Source: the human T2T-CHM13v2.0 reference genome, Homo sapiens. From it: a stretch of 64,000 nt of DNA. Below are positions 30,190 through 46,760 of the stretch, piece by piece; within the stretch, counting starts at the first letter, position 1, and each line of letters begins with the position of its first letter. The stretch is taken from NCBI RefSeq assembly GCF_009914755.1, contig NC_060927.1. The stretch is one strand, 5' to 3'. The notes under the pieces are model-generated. The model was not told the DNA's origin. It did not search any database and was given only the letters and a program-made list of their open reading frames with translations. The translations under genes and the position numbers were made by a program.

Positions 30190-30243
30190 ACATCCTGAGA
30201 ATACAATACAGGTGACACATCCTGAGAATACAATACAGGTGAC
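30190..30243. repeat. Perfect 27-bp tandem duplication
   Basis: acatcctgagaatacaatacaggtgac x2. Confidence 0.97.
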
Positions 30244-30480
30244 AGCAGTTTCGCAGCCTACATAGGATGCTACTGATGAATCGCCTGGGAAATTAAAACA
30301 ATAGACAAAAGGAAAAGCCTTCTTTGGGCATGTATTTTCTTTCTTAATTGCCTACAGGAAGATGTAGAGCAGGTGTTCAGTGCCTGAAAATTTATGGGTA
30401 ATTATTTGTCTGCTCAACCCTAGGGTACACTGGGTGTAATCCCTTTAACTCTAAGCAGTCTCATAATAACAGAGATTTGA

Positions 30481-30893
<413 letters not shown>

Positions 30894-33800
30894 TAACAGC
30901 CTGATTTTTCTAAAATTGAACCCAAGAGTTAGAACAAAACAGGATGGAATCTAGAAGGCAGACTGCGACTGTTCTAAGAAATCTCGTGTAGAAGCAGGGA
31001 TGACAGGCATGTGCCAGTCTCCCTGAAAACTGGGCCCACTTGAGGAAACTCATTTCTCAGCATGCGGGGTTTATTAATTAACCTTCTTGAACTGACTGAC
31101 CAGAGAGACACACCTCTGAAACAGAGCAATGCTGGAGGCGCAGCTACTGTTCTCTAGTGGAGAGACCCTTCTGGTGAGTGGCTGCAGTAGGCCTTAGCTG
31201 ATATGTTCCTAGCCTAGGAGGCCTGAGCCATCACCACCACAGGACTGAGGACGACATCTGTCCAAAACTGCCAGGTTCACTTTATGAGAAGGTACTTAGG
31301 TAAGAGAAATGACCTGGTGACATCTGAGTTGCTGTGGACAAAATGTTAAAGCAAGACTTCCTGGCTGCTATGGACTCAGAGTACTCTAGGGTAACCATTC
31401 AAAGGGGCTAGAGATGGAGAATGCCCTTATTCTGGTTGTTTAAGAAGAAACGAAAAGCTAATGTCTAATGGTCCTAATGGCTTGTGAGCTCCTTAAGGGC
31501 AGGCAGAGTGGTGACTTCGTGATTTTGCATTTCTAGGGCCAAACAGTATATTTAATGTAAGAGACAATAAAATGAACAGAATTGAAAATAAACACGAATA
31601 TAAAGTCTGATGGCATCCAAGGTCTAGCTTAAAATATTAATACCAGACTAGTTTTCTAAACACCTGCGTTGTGTCTGCTTTTATTCATGAAAAGAGAGAA
31701 GCAGTCTTAGGAACACAGTGTCACATGCCTACGAGGGGCTCAGTCGTTCCTAGGCCCTGATAATGTTACACTGCAGGGACAGTGTGGACAATATTCGTGA
31801 CTTGGCGGCACATCTCGACACTGCAGTGAATGAAAGGCACCACAAAAGCCTCGCTGGTGTGACTCAAGAGAACAAGAGGAAATGATAGCTTGGGCTGCTT
31901 TATCTGGGTCTGTGGCCTGTAGGTCAGGGGTCCTCTGGCTTTAATGGGCACCGAGGTACCTAGGAACCTTGTTAAAGTGCAGATTCTGATTCTGAAGATC
32001 TAGGGGGCCAAGTTTCTGTAGTTCCCACATCTCCTAGGTGAGAACTCTACTTTGACCAGCCAGGCTGCTGGTCCTCCTACCACACTTTGAACAACAGGGT
32101 TCTAGGGAACAGTTTCTGAGTGGCTCCCTCCTGCTGAAAGCAGGATGCTCTCAGGTGCTTCATGCTTTGAGGAGAAAGACTCAGTCTGGGCTAGTCTTAA
32201 CACTTCTTTAATACTAGCTAATCTCCTTAGAGAAAAGGCAGGATGTAGTGGCCCCAGGCTCCCAACCCTCAGCAGGCACCCTTATTGAGCACCAGGATTT
32301 AATAAATAACACTGGCTTGTGTCCACTGTATTTAATTGTATGGGATTTTCTATTTAAGGCAATGGATGCTGACTTTCTGCTTGACGCAGTGGTATAGTGT
32401 TTCCTTTAAAATAAAATTACCGTAGTTTAAATAAGTTGAGTCGAATTAAAGAGAAATAGAAAGCACGTAAGAGTTCTGGTGATAGTCAGGTATAAGGAAA
32501 AACTGTAAGGCAGAATGGCCCAAATTGGGCAGATACTGTGGGGGCTCAGTGAATCTCCTGAAACCATATGCAAGCTCTCACAGACAGGAGCATTTTTCCA
32601 GAGCGGGGGGCTGTAGGTTCCATCAGATTCTCAAAGGTATTAGAAACTAAAAAAAGAACTAAAGAACCCACTGCTACAAAGTCAAGTTTAACTAAATACC
32701 AAAGACTACAAAGTCTCTACTACTTCATAACTCTAGCTTCTGAAACACTTTACAGCTTTTTAAAAGAACTCTACTTTGCCACAATTACATCATCAAAAAG
32801 CAGTGTCGTCCCATAAAGATTACGAAATAGCCCTCTGTTTGGAGAGCAGTGTTTCTCCAACAGTGTTCCAGAGAACTGTAGACTGAGGAAATATAAACAG
32901 GTACTTGGCCAGAGAGGTGGGGGAAATTCTGCCCACTCCCCCAGGGGATTCTAGGTAGATAGTCAAGATTCTCAGAAGTCCTCCAAGAAATCTGTTTCGT
33001 TGTCTTCAGTCTGGCATTTCCCAAATGTATTTCATTATGAACCCCCTTTGGAAGGAACATACATAACAAATTAAGGAACAAGTGTCCTGAAGGAGTCACG
33101 GCTGCTTCACCAAACAGCCCTGAAGCTGGGGTGATAGGACACTAAATAAGAGGCAGAATCCTGATTTTTGAAAATGACAAAACTACATTTTCTGGAACAA
33201 TTGTTAAATGGCAAGCGCTTTGGTAAGTGGCTGACAGCAAGCAGAAACAGTCAAGTTTTTATAGTGAGAATACTGGCCATTGCTGTTTAGACCAGGTGCA
33301 TTTAGGGAAAATTTTAAATTTCTGAAAACTGGCACAGAGTCAGTCATGCCACTGGCAACAAGTCCTTTGATTTGACTGTATCTGGCTAACCATCAGTGAA
33401 GTCATCGTTTGCACACAATTATTGATTTTTAACTTCTGTCTTGGAATGAGAACTCTTGGTAACTTTAAGTTGAGGAACATAGCTGTTTTCTACTATTTGA
33501 CTGCTTCTGTCCTTGCACAGAACCTACTGCCACTGAACAATTCAACTTCAGAAGTATTGGTAGGACAGCATAGATTACACAACAGTTAGCCATGAAATTG
33601 GATAAAATGTTCGATTTTTCCTGGGTGACCTTTTGATGGTACCCAAGGGCTTACCTGTCAACATCAGGTGTCTTTTTACCTTATTCCATAAAATCAGCTT
33701 TCAAAAATGCTGTTATATTTTTTGAAACCCCATTGAAATATAAAAGTGTTTTCCCCAAAATATAAATATATTATACAAGTTAGTGTTTTCTGTATTTTCT

Positions 33801-34442
33801 ATCACCCTTAATAAAAGGAAAATGGGAAGTAGAACTCTGTTGGCAACCTGGTGTCCTCTAAATATTTTAAACCTTAACAGAGACCTATTTGACATTATGT
33901 AGCATCTTGAATCTTTATTCCTGTGTGGCCTCAAATAACACTTAAGAAGAGTTGCAGACTTGTTTAATTTCTTCTGTATCAATGTTAGCAAACTTGAAGC
34001 AAGTGAAGCAGTGAACAAACCCTTTTGTTAGGGCGGGCTAGCATTCACTCAAGTAATTTATCCACCTACTCTTGAGCCATCTGCCTTTGAGTAAAGAGTG
34101 GTGATGACATAAAAGGGAGGAAGGTGAGGAGGCTTATGTTAGTTACAAGAATGTATGGATTATGTGGATTCAAAGGTTGACAACAGGATTTACTGTCCTA
34201 ACTTTTAAGTGATTCAAATTAAAAAAAGTTTACATTTCTGCTTTTGGGACTTGATTATTAAGCTCTGTTTCCAAGGAAGGAAGAAGAATCTCAGTTGTGC
34301 CTTTCAAAGGGCATCAGTAAAAGTGGTTCTGCTTTTGTTACTTTCCATCGGCATCCGTAAACTAATTTATGCTTATAGAGAACTTATTAGGCATTCTGTG
34401 TTCTTAATAATGACTCCTAAAATGAGACAAGGATGTTCTTCA

Positions 34443-34574
<132 letters not shown>

Positions 34575-36324
34575 TCAGTATCTGTTTTTCTTACACCCAT
34601 TGTCAGGCCAGTGGCACAGTAGCAATTCCCAGGGTGTGGGCCCTTTCATGACTCACTTCCCTCTGGATGGGGCTCTCAGCACGGTCAGGACCTCCATCAT
34701 CCTAATTTTACCATTTGCCTTTAGTACATTTCCTCCTGAAGGACTTAAGATGCAAAGTGCAAGCCTGATGGGCTTTGTTGTTTGCAGAGCCCATCCCGGA
34801 GCCTGCCAGTCACGTGATTCAGCGTGACTGATTTCTAACTCCATCTCTACGCAGGAAACAGGACAATATTTTACTGCTTATTGCTTCATTGTTAGATTTT
34901 ATCTCTGCAGAGAACTAGGCTCGAGCCCAGGCAACAGTCTAAGATATGTGCTGGCCTCTGAGATCAGTTCAAAAGGCTGAGAATGAAACTGTTCTGCTGT
35001 TACCTAGGACCGTGTCTTTTTGAATGTTACCCACAATAATATGTTTGATATCACAAACGTACAGTATGCACTTACATGGTTGAAATGCACATACAAACAT
35101 GTAGGCATAAGTGCATCTGTGTGTATATGTTTACATATAATGAGTACACACACATTCACTCTGCTAGGAGACTGGAAGCTTATGTTTCCCTAGGACAACA
35201 TATGCAAAACACAGTCCACAGAACTCACGACATCTTTGGAAACGTCATTAATGCAACCTCAAGGAGCCAAGGCAGTGGGAATCATAACATACTCCATCAG
35301 CAGCTTTGAAAGGAGCTTAACAGTCCACGGTGCCAGATGCAAAGCTTCAGCCTCTGATTGTTGGCTGGGGACCCAAACCTTCACGTCCTCAAAGGTCAGC
35401 ACAGCAATCAATGGGCTCTAGTCTTCCCTCCCAGGCACTTAGTTTTGAAACAACAGATCAGACATGAGTGGCCATTCAAACAAGGGCTGGCTTTCAATTT
35501 TCTGGACCCATCAGGCAAATATACTGCCTGCACTTAAAGGGCTTTTAGTACTGAGGATACTGTTGGAAGGTCTGGGCTTTCAAGCATCAACTTAACATTC
35601 CCCATTCAGTCCCGACACACGCTCTTGCTGTTGTCTGACCTTGCAGCCAGAACCTGAAGAGGCCTGACCTCTGGACTCTTCTGACATTTCTCAAGTCGCC
35701 CCCAGGGGATAAGTCATGTCATGTTAACTAGACCTAAGAGGAAATTACAGGTTTAGCTTCTAAAAGGCCCATCACTGTGACAGGTCAACATTTAAGAGTC
35801 AGAAGTAGCCTTAAAGGCTTCATCAATAATGTGAGGCAGTTTGGTCTGTAACGTCAGATAAATGGTCTGGATCATCATACTCAGTGAATCAGCCAGTTGT
35901 TCCAGAGGATGGAATGGGTCACTACAGGGTACTGTGGTTCAGAGCTGGGAGTCGGGGTCTGACTGACCTGCCTTTCCATCAGCTCAGTGGAACCTGGTGA
36001 GTCTGCAGTTCCTCATCTGTATAAAGGGACAGTCATGAGAAATGAAGGAGATAGATAATAGTTCTTTGCACATGTGCACACTGTGAGTGAATGTGAGACG
36101 GATGCCCTGTCCTCTGTCTTTATGCTACCAGCTGCTGCCAAACCTACTCTGTCAAGCCTGGGGAATTAGTCCTGGGTTCCAATGACAGCTAGCCACTAAG
36201 ACCAAGGGATGAAGGGCAAGCCTTTATCCAGAACTTGACTGAACCATAGGAAACATGTGCTCACTCCAGCTACTGAGTTACTAGTAGGAATCCAACAGGT
36301 ATTACCCAGTGGATTCTCCTGTAA

Positions 36325-36769
<445 letters not shown>

Positions 36770-37670
36770 TTGAAAAGCTATGTTAAAAGCTATGTCGAAC
36801 TGGACACCTTGGGGGCCAGCAGTCTATCACAGAAAGTGTCTTGCTCTTCATTTTTTCCTGAATATTTTACATCACCCACTAAATTAACGGTGATCGCTGG
36901 TACCATTTACTGAGTGCTTACCATATGCCCCATGAGCACTTCCCACATATTGTTTCATTTAATCCTTCAATGATAAGAGATTGATACTGTTATCTCCATT
37001 TTAATATAGGAAAAATACAGCCCCACAAAACAAAGTAAGTTACCCAAGTTCCACAACTAGAAATCACTTTGAGCATCAGGTTTGTCTGACTTGAAGCCTC
37101 TGAAGGACTCTTTATCGCTGGCAGAAATAAGTTGAGAGAAGAGGTGTGTGTAAAGAAATCCATGTGGCGTGCTGAGTTGCAGCTGTTATTTAATTGGTTG
37201 ATGCAGTACTTAGATGAGGCATGTGCGGGCTTATTACATGGATCCAGGCTTGAAATGAGACCCAAGAAAGCAGAAGGCACAACCTCCAGGGCTCTCTTGA
37301 CACACACAACTTACTTTTTTGTCTATTTAAAAGAATGATCAACATTCCCTAGTAATAACTGCAGGATCTTCAAATTACCATTTGGGGTGATTACATTTTA
37401 TTCTGAAACAACTTTTACAACATTTGTAAGTAATTCTGTTCTTAGGATATAATTTGAATAAGTCCGCTCCAGGGTTATAATAAAGTAATTAATATGTCGG
37501 AGCGGTTTTGAGCAGGATTCGATTTATTGCCTCTATAAACAATAAAGTTAAACATGGGCAACTTGGAGGAAAACTATAGGGTGCATTAATTTTTTTCACC
37601 ACATAGAAGAGAAAGAAACCAACTTGGAAATACTTCTTAATGCATTAGGGGTTCAAGATTAGGTTACTTA

Positions 37671-37949
<279 letters not shown>

Positions 37950-40449
37950 TTAGAATAAAGCAGAAAACGGAAGGACAAATACATGAATTGCCTGCTTTCA
38001 TGTGTAAGCAGCTAAAAGAAAGAAGCAGGTGGTGGTGTCAGAGAACTTCAGTTCTCTGTGTTTAGGTTTCCCGAAGAATGCCTGGTGGAAAGAGAGTGAG
38101 TTTGGAGGTATTCAGATCTGGCATGCAATAATAAATCTCACAGCGGGAAGGCTTAGCTTCCCCGTGGAATGTCTTTAACACAATTTCATCACTTGCTAAT
38201 CTTGCCTGTGAAAGAAAAGGCCAGCCTCAGGCTCCGAGCCTTTATCAGGCAATAATAGCTAACTAGAAATTCATTACATTGTTATGTTTTAATAGTGTGT
38301 ATTTTTCCAGTTTGTGTCAGATGATACCAGTCTTCCCTTCATGGAAGTAATATGAAGTTTCCTCTTAATAATCCTTTCGCTCTTTAAAAAGTCCATTGAA
38401 AATATTAAGTAAATGACAGTTCAGGCCATAGCGGCATATGGCAAGTTATTATGGAGAAGGAATTCAAATGGCCAGCGTTTGGGGGAAGTGACCGCTGGCT
38501 TAATTGCTGTTTTGGTTCCCACTGTGTGCAGTGCTTTGCTATTACTGCATCCTCAAAGCCTGCACTTATTGAGTGACTACTGTCTGCTGCATGACTTAAA
38601 TGAAGATACCTCTCAACAGTTCTCTCATCATAGTCCTGTGAAGTTGGCAGGACTGAAAGTAAGATCATCTCCCTCCCTAGAGCCTCAAACCTCATGAGAG
38701 GACCTTACTAGTTTATGCTGGGTCAGAACGTTGGACGCGGTGTCCAGGATTCTCCCAAATGGTACAATCAAAACTCACTCAACCCAGCTATCTTTAGAAC
38801 AGCTGACATAAGATGAAATAGAAATCAGAGTCTTATTTCTAAAAATCAAAGTCGTTCCAAGTTAGATGGAAGTCCAGTGATTTAATTTATCCTCTCTTTT
38901 CCCTTCCCCCATAAAACAAAGGAACTATGTTCAGGTGGTTATATGCAGAAAGTCTGGTAACATCTTATGATTGGACTGCATAAAATGTATCAGGCTCCAC
39001 AATATTTTAATATTATAGTATTCCTCAAGTGGTTTGGTTGGTTTTTAAAAAGCAAATGTAAAATGATGGTATAGGAATCATATTCCATAGGACACATGGC
39101 TGCAGAAGTTGCTCAGCTTCTCAAAGTTTTTCTGGAGAACACTGACCCATTCAAGTCACTCCTCATAGCAATTCCTGAGTTTAAATCTCTTAGATTAATA
39201 GTCCACTCTTGCAATGTGCATGTTTTTAGCATGTATTTATAAATGTCAAAATGAACACTGAACCACAGCCTTTTCCTATTTGGCATATATACATTTTCCT
39301 CCCTTAGTATCTTGGACTTCAAAGCATGCTGACAATTAGGTCTATCCTCAGAGCACTTCAGTTTCCCTATGTCCAGGCAGAACATAAGTATTGGTTGTAA
39401 AGCTGTTTTTCTCTTTTTTTCCCCCAAACCCTTTCACTCTGGCCCTGTAGGGACAACAACTCTTAGGCTGAAGTGCGTTGTAAACAACTGTTGGGTTGAG
39501 AAATAGATGTTGAATTCTTTCCTTGTAATGAAGCCCAAATGAATCATGCCAGTGGAGGTTATTAATGATTTGGATTCAATCCACTTAAGTAATTTATTTA
39601 CATCACGAGGGAGTTCGGCAGAAAAGAACTCTGGGTCACAAAATGACTTGAGTGCACCAGTAAATAAGGAACTGTCTGAACCACCAAACTTTTAAATTCC
39701 CCATCCTGGAGGACTTGGAAAGCAGGGTTTAACACTACGACTGTTGCCATGTTTCTCCCTTTGAGAAAAGAATGAAAGGACAAGAAAGAATTCTTTCTAG
39801 CTTTCTATCCCAAGTGACCTTGGTAAGTGCTTCCCTGCTTAGACCCTAGAATGCTGAGGGCTTGGCATGGGAAGGAATGGGGTGTAGATGGGGATGAAAA
39901 ACAACTTGGGGTGCTGTGGAATTCATGCTGGGGCCGGACTATTTGAGCCATATCTTTCATTAAATGTGTGACACCAAGAGTCACATAATACAGGAATTTA
40001 CAATGCTACAGCAAATTTGTTGCTGAGAATAAATTAATGCAACATATAGCACCCTTAGGAGGTGTGGCTGTGGTCAATACCACCCAGTCACGCTGGTCTT
40101 CTGCCCTTGGTATTCCCTGGGAATGGCTTGCACCAACGTTAGTTATACCCACAATGAATTCAGATATTAGGATTTTCGAGTGGGTGCTACAAGATGTGTC
40201 AAATTTGTTCTTCTTCTATTTAACAGTATACAAATACCAGGCCTTTTGCCAAAAAGGAATAAGAATGGGATTTTCTTACTATGGCATATTTTTCCTTTAT
40301 GACTTCCTGTTCTTCTTAAGAGGAACACTAAGCTAGGTGAGGAGAGGATGGGGAATTAGAATCCAGGCATCTTCTAGTTGTGTCCAGAAAGGAACCTATG
40401 AGTTTACACTTTTTAGAGACACATAATTCTTACAAACACTAGAGCAGGC

Positions 40450-41032
40450 AATGTCAGCTGCCTGGGCAGCACGCACCCATCCTCACCCCAATGCTCCCTC
40501 TCTGCTAAAAGAACTCTTTGTTACCTTTCTACCAGATCCTATATCTTTCCCTCTGGGGGAGATTTGAGGTGTGGATTGTGATGGGCTCCCGCCTATCATG
40601 GTGGTCTTGGTCCTTTTGCCTCGTGATGGATTTAGACATGGGTATACAGTATAATTCTGGCTGGTTGGATGGGATGAGAGAGCTGCTAGGGAGCTCTGAG
40701 GTTTTGTCCATCCTTAAACTAGGACTAAACTAGGACATGAGATAGGAAAGGGCCATTTTTTGCCTCTAGACAAGTCATCTGCATGCTTTCTTGGACTTGT
40801 GGCAGCATCTTGGGACCATGTGGGGAGCTGGCCTCAGAGGCCAGCTTAACACACTGAGGATGGCAGAGTAGAAAAATGAGAGAATTGTGGTCCTAATAAT
40901 ATCACTGAATAAGTGAATTAACCAAGTTTAGAACGTCTTATCCCCAAAATTCTTGTTATATTCAATAATACATTCCTTATACTTTAGGTCATTTGACTTG
41001 GATATTAACTACCTACAGTCCAAAACATCCTA
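40450..41032 (+). mobile_element. Old MLT1 (ERVL-MaLR) LTR, degenerate
   Basis: catcttgggaccatg...gaggatggcagagtagaaa...cttgttatattcaataatacattcc...aacatcctaa pattern typical of MLT1J/K/L. Confidence 0.55.
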
Positions 41033-44000
41033 AAAAGTGTAAATATCACATAGATATATTGTAAAATTAGGCACAAATGTTTTCTCATTCATTCCTAGAG
41101 ACATTCTTCTATGTGGGTAAAATAATTAGTGAAAATCCTTCTCTGATTAGGATTACATCTTAGTTCATTTTTATAGCAAGGTGATGGCAACTATTGCTTT
41201 ACTTGGATACATTTTTATAAACCAAATGCTAGTACCATTGAGTGGATGTTTAAATGGTACCAAGAAAATGATGCATGAAGGACCCGCTTGGATCAGTCTA
41301 AAGCTAAAAGCATTCTTGGCTACAAAGAGCTCCTCTGTGTTGAGGCATACTCAATTACAAAAAGCAGGAAAGCTGTTCTGAATCTGTCCAGCTTTGGGTA
41401 CTGTTACACGGCATTGATACAACAGCATCCATACTGCCCAGGTTACAGAGGGAAGAGCAGTAGCAACCCCAAAGGGAGAACTGGGACTTTGGGGTGACTG
41501 AGAAATGCCCTGTCATCCCACACAAGAATGTCCCCCCTGCCTACAGCTGGGTTCCACAGAAACGCATTTCTGACAACTGTGCCCAAGAAAACAATTTTAG
41601 TAGCCCATGCAGTTTTCAATCAAATACAGTTCAAATAAGCCCCTCCACAAGCCAGATGACCTCCTCCTTTTTCACAGCTCAGAGGTGGAGTGTGCAGGGA
41701 CAGCAATTGTGGGATGAAGCCAGCGTTGGAATCCTGGCTGTGGGCTTTGGGCAATTTAACTGTTCTCAGTTCCAGTTTTCTCATCTGCAAAATAAATATA
41801 GCATCATGCTTTTTAGGGTAATATAAAGTTTAGATGAGATAACTTACTGGTAATGCCTAAATGCCAATAATAAGAATTTACTAAGACTCCAGTGCTCGTG
41901 GGGATCCTGTAGTAGAAGAGACACATTTTCCCAGGAGGAAACAATCTATAAATCAAAGAAGCAAAACCCAGCCTAGTGAGGTGTTCTTAAGAGACATTTG
42001 TATGCCGTAAGGCTTCTTGACTTCCCAGAAGCTCCCTGCCCATCTTGTGTGTTGCTGGGGTACCAATATGCACATGGATATTTTCAGCCCTCGAGTTGGG
42101 ATTCTTGGAGGAGGGGGGGGGGTGCAACAGAAAAATTTTACAGGACTTGACCCCTGCCACATGAGCTTCTTGACAAGGTATTTTAGGGATCATTACATTC
42201 TCTTAAAAGATGATGAGACAAGGCGGGAGTTTACTATCCTAGACGATCCATTTTTGCAGCCAAATTTGTTTTGAATTACCTTGTGCACATAACACTTATT
42301 ACACTGTCATCTTGGAATCACATCACTGAGACTCTTAGCGAGATGATGACTCCGGTGCACGCCGTCAGCCAACCGAGAATGACAACTTTTATTCTCAGGA
42401 TTAGCATTGCATCTACATTACACAAAACAGTGGTGATGATGGCTGTGATTATAGACGGGATGCACCCAGTGACGTTTGGCCCGGTCAAATTCAATATCAT
42501 TAACTTGCCCAATTGAGCAGATTGCCTTTAAAACAGTTTATGCAGCTTTAAAACCAAGTAAATGGAATGTTTTGGAACAAGAAATGCTGATTGCAAACTT
42601 TATTATAAATTAAATGCTTAAATTATTCACCTAAGGCTCTGGCTGGTCCCCTGGGACTTAGGTGCAATTATGGCAAAAATCCAATCAGTTAGTCTGAAGG
42701 CAAACATCCCTGCTGCAAATATGACATGACACTAAGGGACCTTAAAGAGATCCTTTAGCATAAGGTCTCCTGAGACAAGACAGACAATTATGCTGAGGGC
42801 ATGGAACCATTCCTTCCGGGTTCAATTTGGGCCGGAATAACATTGCTGTTGCTCTTCCTAGGAGGTACTTGTAGCTGTCTTTTCCAGTTGGTCCTGAGAA
42901 CTAACACAAAGCTGGCGAGCTTTCCATTTGGGAGGTAAATTTCACTGACGACCCATCTGTCTATCTTTCAGTCATTCACTCATTCAGCAAGAATTTACTG
43001 AGCTTATTTAGTGAGACCAGTTCCCTTCTTGGCTGACGGAATGTCACTGAAAGAAGTTCTTGGAGGAAAAATGAAGCTACAACACATGGGAATCACTTAA
43101 GAAATGGAAAGATGAATGCATTATGGGTGGCGTTTTACCAAGACATCGAGTGACTCAGAGACTACACACGATGGAATGCTAGCCGGGCCCATAAACCAGA
43201 GAGAGGCTTGGTTTTCACGGTCTACTTAGAAATATCATGGGTTAAACTATTGTCATACAGTAGCACCTTTCAAAACACAGAGTCCCAGAGAGCCTTCAAA
43301 GTTTTCTACAACTTAATCGTAAGCAGTTCAGGATATTTTAGAATGTAGTATTTGGAAAAGGCATACTATACTCTCTCCAAATTAGAAACTAAGTACCTAT
43401 TTATGGGGGACATTTGCTTTCTGAGGTTCAGCATATCACAGTCACCTCTATTTCTATTACATGTGCAAATGACCTCATATAAAGTACGAATGCAATTTTA
43501 AATTCAGCCTAGTATAAATTATGCCCCTGGCTAAAATCCAACTTTTATAGGGTTCATTTAATTAAATACAGGGGGAGTGATTTCATTCTGTAAAATATCA
43601 CACCTATGTTTTCAAACTAATTAAAACATAGAATTCACTGGAAGCAATAGACGATAATACACTATATACTGAAAAGTAAAAGGTTTCAAGCCCTGATTTA
43701 GGTTGGATAAAAAAAAGTCTTTTTTTCATTTAGGCAACTCCTGTCTGTCTTAATTTATTTCAAATTTATAGTCTCCTCTAGGGCTTGGAGAAGGGAAGGC
43801 AACTTATCTAAAATGCAGGTATTATGGCAGTTAAGAAGAAATGTGAGTTTCAGGAATGAATGGTGTTCAAATTAACGTGTTTCTGAGGAAAGTACGTCTA
43901 CTTCAGAGATGGAGATCTGTAGATGGCACTGCCACAGCTGTCAGTTTCTATGTATGGATGTGTTGGGTTCTAGTTGGGACCTCAGCAGTTTGTCCATGGT

Positions 44001-46099
44001 ATTTTCTAAATGCATCCTGATGTTATTTCCCTAGATTTGGTATTTTTACAACCATCAGATCCCCTCCTTACTCCATTTCAAGCATCCTGCACAGATAAAT
44101 TTATAGCTTGGGTAATTTTCTTGTTAGAAAAGTCGTCTTTGTGTCTAACTGATGTGTCTCACATTTTAAAATTCTTTACTGTTTTCCTAAATGTAGAATA
44201 CATCTGGCTACCAGCCTCTGATTAGTAAAACAGATGAGTCTTAGAGGTTAAAAACATACATGTACTTACTTTTATAAAATACTTTCTTTTCAGATACCAA
44301 TCCCACCTTAGTATCTCCTTTGGAAACCTTGGTATCATCACATGAAATCTCATTTCAAGCAATGGCATCCAAATGTCCATTAAGCTACAGTATATCTGAA
44401 CCAGTATGAATCGAAAAATTAACATGTACATTTTTGCATCACCTTACAGGTGATAATTTGAAGCAGTAGCTCCAGATATTATAGGAAAGCCAATGGCAAG
44501 TACTTGGCAACAAGCTGTTTCTACAGCCAAATCTCCCTATCTTCTACATCTCCTAAGTTCTTTGCAACTTGAGGGTCTTCTCCAGTAAAAAGTACACAAG
44601 TATTCAGTGAGAAGTGGTTTTGCTCTTAAGCTTATTCTAGACCATTTCTTGATAGGATAAAAATAGTATCAAGGACAGTATCCTCTGCTTTGTCGAGAAT
44701 GAAAAAATGAGGTCCAGAAGGTCTTGGAGTGTTTGCAAAATAACCAAGTGGCTCTGGCCAAGCTCTCCTGCTGTCTCTGGTTTCTGCACTGCAAGTGACA
44801 AGGTGGGGCCATTTCAAGTGAAAAATGACAGAGAGGAAAGAGACAAGAAATAACAAGTTTATAGACCTCACAGAAAATCACAACATGCAAAGTGGCTTTT
44901 CTTGGATAACTGATTTCTCTGTCTGTCTCTGTTTTAGAACTTCTCTGTAGTACCCCTGCTTAGGGATGTGTAGGCTGAGGTGTGAGCAAAGGCAAGGTGG
45001 CAAGTAGGGCAGTGGGCTAGAGGCCGTGTCCATCCAGAGGAAGAGAAGCCTTCCTCTAAATCACGCAGAAGTGCTCGTATGGGCTGGTGGTGGTCCTGCT
45101 TCTGGCTTTCACTAGGTCGGGAGTCCACCATAGTGGCAGCAGGTGATGATCTGGCCTCCAGACTCCTGCATTTCAGCCCTGGACACATAGAAGGGGCTGC
45201 TGGGTGACTCAGCTCCCTCTATAGCAAAAGGGCTTGAAAACGGTGTCTCCCAGAGCACTTCCTGGTTGAACAGTCCATGAAAGTCGCTATCAGCCACTCC
45301 GTGCTTCGTTGCTCACCTTTTTATATATGAGTGTCCGGAATACTTCAAATAAAATGCTGGAGCTTTTGACACTTTAATCATGATAAACCCAACAGTGGTA
45401 CAACACTTCCTCTGTGCCAGACACTATTCTATGCACTCTACCTATATTTACTCATGTAATCCTCACACAAGGGAAGTACAGCTACTATCACTGTTTCGCA
45501 GACAAAAACGAGAGACACAGAGGGCATCTGCGCATCTGCAGACATTTCATTTAAGATGCTGGTGGCTTTCACCTTGAATTGGGAGAGGCATGCTTTAAGT
45601 TCACAATATAGAAGATGACATGCTTCTTTTTTACACGTCAATGTTATTGCATTTAATGATCCCTTGGCATTATCTCTTGCTGTAAAGGCAAATACAGCCA
45701 CAAATTGAAGGAGGAAGGTGTGGTTAGGTTTTTGCAAGCGTCATGCCCGAAGCCTTTATGAAGGCCGCTTTATTATGCCATTTCCTCTCCCTGGTGTAAA
45801 CTTCATATTGGTCTCATAAATACCTTGAATAAACTTGAATTTGTTAACTGTTTTCATCAGAGTCTAGAAGGCTGGCTACAATAAAATTTCTACTCTCAAG
45901 CCTCTAGTCATCAGAGGAAAGGACAGGAAGAGTCCTCCATCAATGGAATTGTTATCACACGGAGTTAAAAAGAGCGTTTAATGGTGTTTTCTATTTTGTG
46001 TCACCATAGTCATTTACATTTAAAATTAGAGGAGCCTTAAGGATGCTGCATGAAGATGCAGAGGAGCAGGCAGGAGTTCTACGTCTGATGAGGGCCATT

Positions 46100-46760
46100 G
46101 TCAAGGTGCAAAGCTTTGGGTCTGTTTGCCTGGGGTTCAAGTAGGCTGTAGCACTTGTGAGCTGTGCTATCTTGAGCAGGTTATTCATCTCTTGATGCCT
46201 TAGTTTTCTTCTCTGTAAAATGGGTTAACAGCAGGACCTAACTCACAGAGTTGTTGCTGGAATTAATTAGGCTCTGCATAGAAAGTAGTTATGGTTCATG
46301 CCTAGTGCATACCAAGTGCTCAGTGAAGGTTAGCTATTTATTATCCTCATTGATTTGCAGAATCAATGTGCCATGTATTGATAAAGTGGTGAGGAAGGCT
46401 CAGTAACACTGGGTGAGAGTGGGCATCACTGGGGCTCCAGGGTGAGACACATGGGGGTCTAAGTCCGTGCTCTGCCATTTATCAGATGTGTGACTTTGGG
46501 TAAATTACTCCATCTCTGTGTGCCTCAGTGCCCTCGATAGAATATGAGGAATATTTAAGTACATGCTTCATAGGTGATACCTGAATGATGTAATTAAAGT
46601 AAAGCTCTTGGCACAGTGCCCAATGTCAGCTGTTGTTATAACTGTCACACTTAGACAAATTTTCTAGCCTCTTCCTGTGCCTCATCTATAAACAGGGTTG
46701 TGAAGATTCCTTGTAAAGAGCTTAGAAGAGCGCCTGGCTCATAGCACACTCAGTAAACGC
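46100..46760. mobile_element. Cluster of MIR fragments
   Basis: Repeated MIR core motifs (tgtgactttgggtaaattact...tgcctcagt; tagttttcttctctgtaaaatggg; cctcatctataaacagggttgtgaagatt). Confidence 0.6.
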
